DNA of 64,000 bases, taken from contig CATNEN010000034.1 of NCBI GenBank assembly GCA_950097015.1, forward strand, positions 6,634,001 through 6,698,000, written 5' to 3'. Under the pieces are notes generated by a model that worked only from the letters and a program-made list of their open reading frames with translations, did no database searches and was not told the DNA's origin. Source of the DNA: Macrostomum hystrix (lineage: Eukaryota; Animalia; Platyhelminthes). Position numbers and translations under genes: made by a program. This document shows, in pieces, positions 52,210 through 64,000 of this stretch. The stretch's first letter is position 1. The number at the start of each line of letters is the position of its first letter.

Positions 52210-52945
52210 TATTGGTTTTCAACTTCTATTTCAAACTAAGTAACTTCAATTTCGCCTGGCAGCTTTCCGGCTGGTGTTAGTAACTTCAATTTTGCCTGTG
52301 GGGAGGGGATGCTTGTGTGTACCTGATTAGTAACTTCTATTTTGTCCGCAAGAATGGCCTGCCCAAGTTAGAGTAAATAAATTTCACAAAAAGTAACTTC
52401 TATTTTGTCTTGCATTTTTTCATCCACTTTCAAACATCAATATAGCCCATGATGGGCCTCTACTTTCAATATATATTTTGAAAGTCTCAGGCAAGACACC
52501 AAGTGGGAAACAAACAACAAAAAGAGCTCGTATTATCACTCCAATAAGATTGGAGCTTCAAGAGTGGCTAGATGTGAAAGTGTCGGCACTATCCAATTAG
52601 CAGAATTTTTTATGATTCTGTGCTATAGGGTCATAAATTCACAGGGCCATAAATCTCTTGACACTTTGACAGAATTATTATAATTGTGTTGCGGTGGAGT
52701 TGGTGGAGGCGTTGGCGAAGATCAAAGGCAAGGACAAAGTCCAAATTTCACAGAGTGGACGCAAATACAAATCACTGTGCTGAAGAGACGAAATAGATGT
52801 TACTTTTTGTGAAATTAATTTACTCTAACTTGGGCAGGCTGGTCTCGCAGACGAAACAGCAGTTACTAAATGGGTACACATGAGCACCCCCTCCCTGCGA
52901 GCAAAATTGAAGTTACTTAGTTGAAATAGAAGCTTAAGACCAATA
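52210..52945. mobile_element. Non-autonomous foldback/MITE-like element with long imperfect terminal inverted repeats
   Basis: 52210-52410 is the reverse complement of 52786-52945 in three blocks: CTTCTATTTCAAACTAAGTAACTTCAATTT vs AAAATTGAAGTTACTTAGTTGAAATAGAAG; GGGAGGGG..GTGTACC...TAGTAACT vs AGTTACTA...GGTACAC..CCCCTCCC; GCCTGCCCAAGTTAGAGTAAAT...TTTCACAAAAAGTAAC vs GTTACTTTTTGTGAAA...ATTTACTCTAACTTGGGCAGGC. Confidence 0.75.
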
Positions 52946-53699
52946 GCAAATAGCCAATAGCCAAAGTTATCATAGGCCTACTCTTGTAAACATTTACAAT
53001 CCAACTTCCTAAATTATTAAGGAGGAATGCAACAGTATGCAAGTCTTAAAAAAGTCCAAAAAATATATTGTTGCACTAGCGAGACAAAGTCATTCATTCA
53101 CATTTACTAATTTGTATGTTATATTATAAAGGTATGCATAAATAGCATAATATAAATATCAAATACTTATGATAGTTTTGAAAACACTATTGTATGACAC
53201 TACTTCTGATGTATTTATAGGATTTTCCCTCGCGAGGCTTATACTAAAGCGAGCCAGTGTATTTCTATATAGATTTATGCAGAACATTTATACGCCAGCT
53301 GACGCCGCTGATACATGAAGTTCTACACAGCCCATGTGCAGGGCCTCGCTCGCTTCGCTCTTTTTTCTTAAATTAAAAGCTTTCTGGGAAACAAAGCAGA
53401 ATAAGCGAACTTATAAGCAATAACTTAAGCGATTATACTTTAAGCACGTCCCAATCAAAATAATTTTCATTACAATTGGCGACTATATATGGCTTTCGTA
53501 TAGTAGGCCCGTTTGAGCCATACGAAGAAGAGGGCCGTAAGGACTGCGACTCAAGATAGAATGGTCGACTCTTATGTGCTAATAAACAACATCGAAAGCG
53601 AAGAAAAAGGCGTCCTTAGGCTGATCGGCGATCGCGATGCTCCAACTTACATAAAACAAGTAGCTCATAACTATACCTCAAGCCAGCTAGGGACTACTT

Positions 53700-53985
53700 A
53701 TAGTGATTTATAGTAATTACTTTGCAAAAGTGTGGCCAGGACCTTCGTCTGGTGCCCAGGGATTGATGCCGACGTCAAGAACTTTGCCAGCAGCTGCGCC
53801 AAGCCTCTAGACAGAGAAACTGCAGACGGTTCTGGCCCCACTGCACCGGGTCTGGCCAGACCAACCCTGCGACCGCGCCTGCACTGTGCATTTCGCTGGT
53901 CCACGGATGAAGTGATGGGTCAGCATGGTGTCAGTGGTGTCATGATCAGTGGCTCTTGTTGCTGATGCCAGCGTCATTAAGCAGC
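53700..53985 (+). mobile_element. Gypsy LTR-retrotransposon integrase remnant (zinc-binding region)
   Basis: ARTFVWCPGIDADVKNFASSC matches the Gypsy ARS.VWWPGID.DI...V..C motif and is followed by a decayed P...RLH..F segment. Confidence 0.7.
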
Positions 53986-54699
53986 TGTTTCAGGTGGTGA
54001 AGAGCAGTCGAGGAGGTTCACCAGGCAGCAGCTTGCGGCTCTCGAATGCCTCCAGCGCTGAGAAGCGCTGGCTGTCTGGTGGGTGAAAGGCCTCGGTTCT
54101 TGTGTTGTGCCGTGGTGTACTTTCACTGCTTAGCGATCTCAGGCTTGCAGTTGATTGGCGCACTGGGCACTGTACTTTCCCTCCTCGGCTGTTTATGCTC
54201 CACTCACCCCACCCTCCCGCTTGCGCGACTACCTTTAAAACCCCAAGTGTTACCATTCTCGCGCAGCTGCTGATTGGTCCGGGCCGCCACTCTCGCGCGC
54301 CGGCCAATCAGCAGCCTTCTCGCTGTTATCTTCTAAACTGGTTGTGTGGGTGGCCGGGTGGGCCCGGGGTAGCGATACCCGCGGCTTAGCCCGGCCAGCC
54401 TAAAATATATATTGGAGTGGCGCCGGTGAGGGGCTCCTTCGACCGTTTGCTCAACCCTAACCCTCCAACCGAATCTGAGACTAATTAAGATTGTACCTTA
54501 AGGTAGTACCGACCGAGTCCCCCATCGGCGACCACCGCACAGTTAAAGTTGCAGTCTAAGAAACTGTTAAGTGAGTAACTTTGGTCTTTTTGTCACTCAT
54601 TTGCGGGTCTGGCTGGGACTGAACTGCGCCATAGGGACGGACTGATCAAGTCTCCTGATGCGACCCCACGCTCGGATTCCGAAGTCAGTCCGACCAGCG

Positions 54700-54975
54700 G
54701 GCTGACGCCACCCTCGTGCTCGCTCACTGGAAGACAGGATCAGAAGGCGATCCGGCTTTGTCACAACACTTTTTTCTCTTGGGCTTCATGCGAGACCGCG
54801 TGTACGCCAATTGCGGTTTCCATGGCAAGGCACAACTGGATGCTGCTATCTTGGAGGCGTTCAACTGGACGCGGGAGAATAGAATGGATGCAGTGCGGAA
54901 ATGCGGCTGAGTCGTTTCCGGCCCGTCTGCAAGAGTGCATTGCAAACGATGGAAGGCAGCTTCGGCACAGGTGAA
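54700..54975 (+). mobile_element. Tc1/mariner-superfamily transposase C-terminal remnant
   Basis: FFLLGFMRDRVYAN resembles DFFLWG.LKD.VY; after a frameshift, SFPARLQECIANDGRQ resembles F..RL..CI...G.H. Confidence 0.7.
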
Positions 54976-55999
54976 TGTCGTGAATGCGCCTGCTCTTTCT
55001 CTCGGGTCTCTGTTGCATCACACTGCTTGTGATTGTTGATTTGTTACATCTGTGTTTGTTCTCACTTTCTGTCTGTTCACACTTTCTCCACATCAGCAAC
55101 TTCTGCTGCTGTCTGTGGCAATTGTCTCATTGTGCTTTCATAATATATATGCTTCCGAATTGCACTCTTAGTTTACACAGTCAGCTGCCGGAAAAAAACG
55201 AAAGAGGGCTGCAATACACAATGCAATAGAAAATTCCGTATGGGAATATATTTTGTATTAAGTGCAAAACGGAAGTTGAAAACGAGGTCCACTTCCTATT
55301 TAAGTGCAGTTGGAATATGTATTGCACCGCACGTTCGAATTTTGAAAAGAACATTTCTGGGAAAACTCCCAATTTCGCATCCTTAACAGCAGAAGAGAAA
55401 TCTACGAGTAACTACATAATGGCACAAGACGATAGGGAAACCACTGAAGCTTTAGCAAAGTACATCATAGATATCTCTAAAATAAGGGAACAGCTGCCCT
55501 GAAGCTATTAACATTTAACGATATACACTTATATTTTTTATTCCTGGCGTCCCTTGTGTTTTTGCTGCTTTTATTTTTAACACCTTTGCTCTTCCTTCCC
55601 AGCTCAGTAGAAAATTCTTACAAAAATTTGTTTTTGTATGTTCTTTTTTTGTTGAGTAGAATATTTTCAGAAAATGAAAAATTAATAATAAATTAATTCA
55701 GGTAAAGTTGCTCGCTTGGCAAATAATATGAATAAAAAGGCGAGAATCAACATTTAACGTTTAACGACGCGTTTCGCACGTTTCGTGCATCTTCAGGTTT
55801 ATTGAAACGAATATAGCAAATAGAACAGCGAATAAATATGAGATTTTGGGTGAACTTTATTCAATATTTTTAAATCAATAATTAAAAATTTTCGAGTACA
55901 TATTTGATATTCCGTAAGTCAGGAGCGCGGTCAAGGCGCTCAGAGCTGTGTTAGAGCAAACTCGCACCTGCAATAGCTCAGCAATGTCCGGTGCCGAAA

Positions 56000-56410
56000 A
56001 TGTCCAACTTATGGGTCAGAAATTGCCACCAGCATGGCGAGGTAGCTAGTCGAATTACGCGGCCGGCCAAGACGTAGATGCTCCACCAAATGGCTCCACC
56101 AAAAGGCGACGCTGTCGCCGTCCAGGGCACCATCCTCTGCCGCTCCGTCGTATAGTGCCGGCGGTCTTCTTCTCAGCCGCAGCCCTCCGAGACTCTGGCG
56201 GGTCCCCTCCAACGGTGGTCGTGGAGGTCAGACGAAGCCGGAAGGTGATTTGATCGAGGTCGGTCCAAGGAAGGCGTTGGTGGAATAGCTGACTGAGAGA
56301 CTACAAGTTAAGGTCATCAAACTGACTGGGCCGCTGAGCTTCCAGATCAAGACGAGCGACGGACGATCTTGCGCAGACTTGCCTATAAACTTCGGACACG
56401 GCTGTCCGAT
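56000..56410. mobile_element. Scrambled Gypsy-like integrase C-terminal fragments
   Basis: Plus strand ~56310-56370 reads KLTGPLSFQIKTSDGRS (compare the typical GP.SY.V...DG..RRH..QL); minus strand ~56150-56190 reads LRLRRRPPALY. Confidence 0.4.
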
Positions 56411-56802
56411 GGCAGCGATTCGATGAAGCGATAAGTTCAGCTTCTATTCTTTCTTGCAGCTATCGCGGCCACTAATATAGCAGCTTGGGATTATTGGGAG
56501 CATGCACGCAGATTCGCCAGAGTCTGCGAAGATCAATGGTTCTCTAGATTCTCTCGTCTGTGTTTGCGGAGTAGTCTAGCTTTGCAGCAGTTTTTTATGG
56601 CGTGCGTGTGTCCTTCACCACACCATTGTCATCCGCGAGGATTTTCTTATCTCTTCAAATTGGATTGTATATTTCCTAAGAGTTCGTAGATGCGTAAGCT
56701 AAAATGGCCAGGGTGCAGCATGAGTTTGAGGGTTTCCGGACTGCCGCTTACCCATGATACCATCATTTTTGTGCGGCCAACGGAATGCGCTTTCTTTGCA
56801 CA

Positions 56803-56930
56803 TTTTTTATGATGTGAACGTGAACTCGGACAGCCCGAGACCGCTAAATTTGGTTCCGTTTTTTTAGTTCTGAATCAGCAAATGAGTTCGTTCAGAATAT
56901 ATCCGAGTTCACGTTCACATCATTAAAAAA
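56803..56930. mobile_element. ~128-bp MITE-like inverted repeat
   Basis: TTTTTTATGATGTGAACGTGAACTCGGA (56803-56830) and TCCGAGTTCACGTTCACATCATTAAAAAA (56902-56930) are near-perfect reverse complements. Confidence 0.6.
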
Positions 56931-59802
56931 TACTCAATTTACAAACTGTACCACAGCTAGAAACTTTATTTATTGCTACACTGAGTTCTTCACTTTGTTG
57001 ACTAAGCATTAGCAAAGATTGCATTTCAGCTTAAAATTTTGCCATACAATTGTTATAAGAATCTGAAAGCGTCGAATATTCCAGTTCAGTTTTTTTCTTA
57101 TATAGAACATTCTTTTGGTCGCAATGTAGGGTTTAACCTAGCGAATGCTGCTACAATCAAAAAGTGCTTCTACGAGGGTAGCTAAAGTCGTCATAGCGGA
57201 AAGTCTATGCTTTTTGTGTCAAATGATTGAGAAAGCCTGAAATCTTATTTGAAGATTTGGGATCTAAAGAATAATACATTGACGGTGTTTTCCGGGTTTA
57301 CAGGTCGTCGCAAATTACATTATATTGTTTTGAGTAGAAATTTCGCGACTATTCAACTTGCCACTTTTCACACAAAATTTTCACTTCCTTCGCAAACTGG
57401 ACGAGTCGCCTACCACGGGTTCGTCAATTTTTTCAGTGTCATCTTCGCACAGCATATGCATTGACTGCTCCAGAAAGGTAAACCATTTTTTTCCTGTTCT
57501 GAATCCGAGTTGTTATTGTGTATCTAAACAGTTTTGCTAGAAATATTTATATTTATGATCTCAGATTGTAATTGTTTTTCGTTCGATCGAAAAATTACTT
57601 CACAGCATTTTAAAGTAATGCTTCACTGCATACATTTTTGCCGTGGTCTATCTGTAATTGACTTTCTGGTAGTCTTATAACTCCAGGAATTGTGTCAGTT
57701 TTACTTGCTGCCAAGTCTATAACTGATACATTTTCAAATTATATTATTGCTTAAAGATAAAGAATTTGAATGAACGTTGTGTATTACAATCTTTACGATA
57801 AATGAATTGTTTTGCATTGGTTTAATTGTTATACTTACACATCAATGAAAGACACATCTAAAAGTTTGTCTATAGTCTTCTATGTGGATAAGTGGACCAT
57901 ATTTCCATGGCAATAAAAAAGACATAAGCTTATCTCTCTAGTGTTCAATTCCAATAAGTAGGCCTTTTTGCCATTGGTACCATAGTAGTAGTCTGAAAGT
58001 CGTTGGCATGGTACCTTGACTAATAAGTACAGCCTTGAATTATATTGATATTATCTATTATGATTATATAATAGCTAATGTACCTAATTTATTAGGTTAC
58101 ACATTACCATTTTTGTCTAAAAAGTTCCAAAAAGCCTTGCATTAAAAATGTATATTTGTTCTACAATTGTCCTAAGTTCTAAAAATCGTGTAGGTTTATC
58201 ATAAAATTTATTTATCTTAAGATAAAGCATACAATTGTTTTGGTAAGATATTTGATAATTTTGTAGTACACATTTTTTGTGATACAAAGTTGCTCTCTAA
58301 AATGCTAAAATGCTAAAGTAATTAAAAAATGTATAGAAGTTCTTTCTTATGCCAACAATAATTTAGAAAAACAATGAGATCTATTTATTGAAAAGTGGGG
58401 TTTTCAGATTTTAATGTACATGGTACCTATTGTTTGTTTACAAAGAAATGTAGCTAAGATAAACCTGCACTATAAAATTATAAAGCAAAATTAAACCTAA
58501 AATATAAATATGTGATCCTGTATCACAATGTTTATAAATAATTAATTGATACTTTTGTTGTTTGAAAGCAGTGTAACAGATATAATGCTCTTAAGAGCAC
58601 ATAGGCACATAAATGGCATATATATTGTATGTTTGTAACCCTGCCATGGGCACTTGTATAATAAACCTAGTATATGCATTTAAATTGTGTTTATGTGGTA
58701 CCTCATTGCACTTAACACCAAACACCACACTTCTGCAATATCAGAAAAAAATCCTTGTCAGCAAAACATTTGTCTCTGAAACATTTTTATCCAAAATGAT
58801 AACCTTAAGGCAATTGCAGCTCATTGTTCAAGTTTCTTTTTCCAAACTTAGTATAGTCTAATAAATAAAAAGTTGTATTTGACTACTCAAACATAGTGGT
58901 TGGAATTCTTTTTGCAGCAAATTTATTCCTAGTAAAAAGTATATATATTATAAAAAATATTTCTTTGTATATTTGTCTTATTGTGAATATCAACCATAAG
59001 CTTTTTAGTATAAACCATGATTAAACTAAAAATAAATGCAAAATTAATAAAATATGGACAAATATATATATTTATATTCAACCATGGTTTTTTCATTGTA
59101 GTGTACAATAAAGTTTTAGCTTGTTTGATTACTTTATTATAAAAAAGTAAAAGTTGTCATTTTTGTCTTTTGTTCTTAATGATTTGTTTAGATGCTAAAT
59201 AATCATTTCTTTGCATGCTTAGTAGATATTAGAAAGCAAACTATTTAGCTATCAAACATTGGGCCTCAGTTTTGTCTATAGCAGACTCCAATAATAATAT
59301 TTGCAGGATGGCTGTGGGCCCTAGCACATAATTTGGTGACAATAGTCCTGAATTTCTCATTGTCAGGCTGTGTATTATTACTGCACCTTGGACTTGGAGG
59401 TTGGCCCTTATGGGCATAATCTGCACAACAAACCCCCAAGTCTTTTCACTGCAGCTGCACCCAAAATGTATGTGGCCTGATTGTGGAATCAAGCTTCGTG
59501 AACTTGGTTCATGCAAACAAAATAAATAAATATATACTGAAAAGTTTCTAATGATGTGCAGATTTTTTAGGTCAGGATTAACAATGTAAATGGTTCTAGA
59601 CTATATTGATAGGAATATGAAATTAAATCTGCTGTGATAAGCCGGGCTTGTTGTTGACTGACTCTTCTGACTGTAACCATTGTATATAGTTCGGTTGCAA
59701 AAAATTAATGTAAAAATCATCACTCACTATTTCAACTCGCAGATCAGACTTGGCTACCCCTAAACACAGACTGGAATTGTCTTGACCACTGCTAATAGGA
59801 TC

Positions 59803-62800
59803 ATGGACACACTGGACAACCACCAGGATCAGGATAGCATTGCTAGTGCCAGCGCTGCCAGAGTGCAGCTATACGCTGATGCCTTCCCGCCGCTGCAGTC
59901 GGAGACACCTGGCGCCGGATCCGCCGAATTGAATGGCAATCATTGGCCAAAGGCACCATCTAAGATCGCCCCAATTAAGACATCTGTTACCACCCAGGTA
60001 TGCTGAAAGCTAATATTAGCACCGCTATACTGTACCATAAGACTAGTTTCAATAATTAGCATTACTCTTGTGCAACTTTGTCTCTGCTTCCAGATTGTTG
60101 AGATCACATTCGAGGAGCGGCGCTTTAAGGACACACAGAACGAGTTTGGTTCGGATCAGAACAAAATCTGCGCCCAGGTCCAGCAGGAGCATGAAGTGAA
60201 GATTGAAATATCTAACAATTCCCGAGCTCGATCGCTGACTCTGTTAGTCACTGGCCGATTCGACAAGGTTAGCAACGCTGTTTCCGAGCTGCGCAAGCGT
60301 CTGCAGACTCAGTCGCAGGTGAGTTTTCAGTGTCTAAATGTGCATTCGCTACGTGCTGACCAAATTAAACCGCGGCTTTCAACTCTCACTGCGCCCAGTC
60401 TGAAGTCATCGTACCGGCCGAGTTCCATCGCTTCCTGATTGGCAAGCAGGGCAGCACCCTGAAGGACATCAAGCAGAAGTCCGGCTGCGAGATCTTCATT
60501 CCGCGCGAGAACGACCTGAATCCGCACGCCATTCGCCTAGTCGGACCCAAGGAGAACATCGACAAGGCCAGGCACGAGATTCTCTGCATCTACGATGAAG
60601 TGTCCAAGAAGCTGACCGAACGACTGAACATACCCAAGATGTACCACCCGTTCATTGCCGGACCCTACAATCGCCAACTGGAGAAGATCATGACTGAGAA
60701 CAATGTCCGCATCAACATACCGCCTGTTCACGCCCAGCACGACGTCGATATTGTGCGCGTCTCCGGCGAAAAGGACGGCGTTGTCAACGCCTGCCGGATC
60801 ATTCGCCAGATGTTCCAGGATGCTAAGGAGCGCTGCCAGACGGTCAGTTGACTTGCTGAGTTTAGAAAGCAACCGTAGAAAAGAGTGCCTACTTAAGTTG
60901 AGTTTAGTTTCGATGTAGAAGTTATTAAAAATATATAATTAAAGTTCATGCTTAAAAATCAAACAGAAAGCCTCGTGATTTTCCCAGTAATCTGATCCCC
61001 AGATTAGTAGCTAATCTGATTAGTAGCTTTATTATACCAATCTGGGCTAGCACGATATAGTGAATTCCTAGTAGCAAGAACTCAACCCTAATACAATCAG
61101 GTTAACATCGAAGTGTCCAAATCGCTGCACAAGTTCGTCATCGGCCCACGCGGGTCAGGCCTGCAAGAGATCTTAGAAGCCACCGGCGTTAGCGTGGAAG
61201 TGCCGCCAGCTGAGGACGCCTCCGAGACCATTGTACTGCGCGGAGAAGGCACAAAGCTGGGCGTGGCTCTGACCAAAGTCTACGAGAAAGCCGATTCATA
61301 TGCTACCTGCACCGTCCTGGCTCCAACCTGGATGCATCGCCATCTAATTGGTCCCGGCGGCGAGAATCTGCAGAAAGTTGTCGGCCTGCCAACGCACAAG
61401 GCCCAGATTAACTTCCTGCGCGGCGAGGATAAAATTGAAATCGACGGACCAAAGGAGCAGGTTAGCTAATCTTTTTTATAATTCTGTTGTTCAGCCGAAA
61501 TCACGACATTGTCTTTCAATCCGCAGGTTGTGGTCATTCACAATAACATCAAAGCCTGGGTGGACGATTATTTGAAGCGCAACACCATGCTAGAGGTGTC
61601 CGTGCCGCGCGAATATCATCGCCACATCATTGGCAAGAGCGGCGGTACCGTCAACAAGATTCGCGAGACCACCGGCTGCACTGTGCGAGTACCAGCCGAC
61701 CTAGACGGCGAAGATGTTGTTCGTATTGAAGGCGAGCGCGACAATGTTGATCAGGCGCGCGAGGAGCTGATGCAGATTGTCAACAAGCAGGCCAACGAGC
61801 GCTCAAAGGATCTCATCATTGAGCACCAGTTTCACCGGGCCCTAATTGGCCAGGGCGGCGCCAAGATTGCGGAGATTCGCGAGAAATATCCCGACGTCCT
61901 GATCAAGTTTCCCAATGCCGATCAGAAGAGCGATGTGGTGCAGTTGCGTGGACCGCGCGATCAGCTGGCTAACGTTGAGAAGCTACTCAAGAAGGCTCAC
62001 ACAGATCTGAAGGACACTAGCTACGAAGAGAAGGTGCGCATCGGCAAGTCCTACCACAAGGACATCATCGGTCGCAAGGGCCAGACGATTGCTCGTATCC
62101 GCGAAGACACCAACACTCGCATTATTATGCCGGACTCCAGCTCGCAGTCGGACGTTATTACCGTTGTTGGCAGGCAGAAGGATGTGCAAAAGGCTGTTCG
62201 TCAAATTAACGACATCGAGAAAGTGGCCGCTAATATCGTGGAAGAGGTAAGAAGGCTCTGTTTTGAACTACACTGCCAAAAACTTTCTCGAAGAATCGGA
62301 GAGAAACTGATGACAGACTGGAGAGTAACTGGTCATAGACTGGAGAGTAGCTGCTCATAGACTGGAGAGTAACTGCTCATAGACTGGAGATTAACTGCTC
62401 ATAGACTGGAGAGTAACTGCTCATAGACTGGAGATTAACTGCTCGTAGACTGGAGAGTAACTGCTCATAGACTGGAGAGTAACTGCTCATAGACTGGAGA
62501 GTAATTGCTTATAGACTGGAGAGAAACTGATGGTAGACTGGAGAGTATCAGATGGCAGGCTTGACAGACTAGTGATTATCGGATAACAGACAATAGGGAG
62601 GCTGGATGAAGGCTGGAAGGTGACGTATGACAAACAGGTTAATGATTGTATCTTATTAAATATCCATCTCTCCAACCATTCAACAATGTCAGGTCGTGGA
62701 GATCCCAGCCCGCCTGCACCAGGGTCTGATTGGCCACGGCGGCAAGCTGATTCGCCAGCTGCAGGATCAGCACAGCGGCGTTCGCGTCCACTTCCCGCCC

Positions 62801-64000
62801 GCTGCTCAGCCGTCTGACCGCGTCACCGTGCGCGGACCCAAGACCGAAGTCAAGAAGGCGGTGATCGCCCTGCGGCAGCTGGCCGAGGAGCGCCTGGAGG
62901 ACAGTCAGGAGGCCGTTGTGCAGGCGAAGCCGGAGTTTCACCCGTTCCTCATTGGCCGGCAGGGCCAGAATGCTGAACAGTTGCGCAAGGCTACGGGCGC
63001 CCGGCTAGTCTTCCCCAGTCTGGAGGAGCGCGACAAGGAGGGCGGCGATGTCATCACAATCATCGGACGCAAGGAGGCTGTAGCTAAGGCCAAGGAAATG
63101 CTCGAGAAGCAGGTTAGTAACTATCTACATTTCCTATTAGGAATTTTTTTAATGTTTATTGAATACTTTCTAAACTTGTCATCCATTCTGCAGGTTAAAG
63201 ATCTGGAAAACACAACCGAAGAGTCCGTCGAAGTTGATCCGCGCTGGCACAAGGCCTTCCTTGAGCGACGCGGCTTCTATATCACCCAGATTAGTCAGGA
63301 CTTTGGCGGCGTTCAGCTCAGCTTTCCGCGCGAGCCAGGCAGCTCTCGTGTTGTTGTCAAAGGCCCTAAAGACTGTGTCCAGGGTGCCATCGCGCGCATC
63401 CGCGAAATCGTCGACGACCTAGCCGCCCGGGTCACGATCGAGGTGTCCATCTCGGCCAAGCATCACCGCAGTGTTATTGGCCGCTCCGGCGACAACGTGC
63501 GCGACATCTGCGACCAGTTCGACGTTAGCATCAAATTTCCAGAGTACAATAGGCCTGGACCACAGCAGCAACAGCAGCAGGCGGGCGCCGAACCTACGGT
63601 CAACGGAGGCAGTGCTGTGGATAGCGCCGTAGCCAACGGCTCGGAAACCAGCAGCAACGCGGAGGCCGGAGACGCTGCATCGTCCAAGGCGGATGTGGTA
63701 TCGATCAGCGGCCGGCAGGAGCAGTGCGAAAAGGCGCGCCAGGCCCTGCTAGATCTAGTGCCAATCGAAGAGCAGCTGGACTTCCCGTCCGAGTTCCATG
63801 GCCAGCTGATTGGTCGCAACGGTGAAGGCATTCGACGGCTGACCAGCGAGCTAAACGTTGCCATCTCCATCCCGAGCAAGACTGAGCACATTTTGCTCAA
63901 CGGCACTCCTAAGCGCGTTGAGGCCGCCAAGACCCGACTGCTGGAGCGCCTGAAGGAGCTGGAAGCCGAGAAGGCCGACTTAGAGGCCCGCAGCTTTGAA
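59803..64000 (+). CDS. HDLBP: Vigilin (HDL-binding protein), multi-KH-domain RNA-binding protein; 3' end beyond the window
   Basis: Exons 59803-59997, 60094-60318, 60399-60842, 61101-61460, 61527-62246, 62693-63112 and 63194->64000, all phase 0 and GT-AG. N-terminal YADAFPPL...IAPIKTSVTTQ and EERRFKD...Q.KIC. Repeated KH loops: HRFLIGKQG, HKFVIGPRG, HRHIIGKSG, HRALIGQGG, HKDIIGRKG, HRSVIGRSG. Confidence 0.96.
62310..62530. repeat. 22-bp repeat (CTCATAGACTGGAGAGTAACTG)n in vigilin intron 5
   Basis: Period of 22 read directly. Confidence 0.92.

Noticed and set aside
59241-59516. 91-aa ORF upstream of vigilin
   Set aside because: No homology cue or splice support; AT-rich non-coding context.
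62639-63930. Minus-strand ORFs over vigilin
   Set aside because: Antisense shadows of GC3-rich vigilin exons.

Overview
Eukaryotic, intron-rich animal DNA with GC-rich exons separated by introns that are mostly filled by locus-specific minisatellites. The style resembles the flatworm Macrostomum lignano (inference, not provable from this window). Most long ORFs in the supplied track are repeat artefacts. Splicing by hand gives these genes: a DUR3-like urea transporter (minus strand, runs off the left edge), a ~691-aa TIR-SAM-TIR-TIR protein, a small single-pass membrane protein with NPxY/Tyr motifs, a Tctex1-domain dynein light chain, a divergent intronless PUR-domain protein, CDK2AP1, RMND1, NUP43 and vigilin/HDLBP (runs off the right edge). 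The main discovery is that the scattered minus-strand ORFs at 22.3-31.3 kb splice into one ~1,435-aa secreted protein: signal peptide, six tandem ~200-aa copies of a module I cannot name (invariant EP, C-x5-C), each joined by a phase-2 intron at the same position, then a C-type lectin-like domain. Transposon remnants include tRNA-derived SINE-like copies, a hAT/Merlin junction, Gypsy and Tc1/mariner fragments, a foldback element and a MITE. Four separate +1 frameshifts in otherwise intact genes suggest consensus errors or a decaying duplicate. All coordinates were derived by eye; exon lengths and phases were checked for consistency, and repeat boundaries are approximate.
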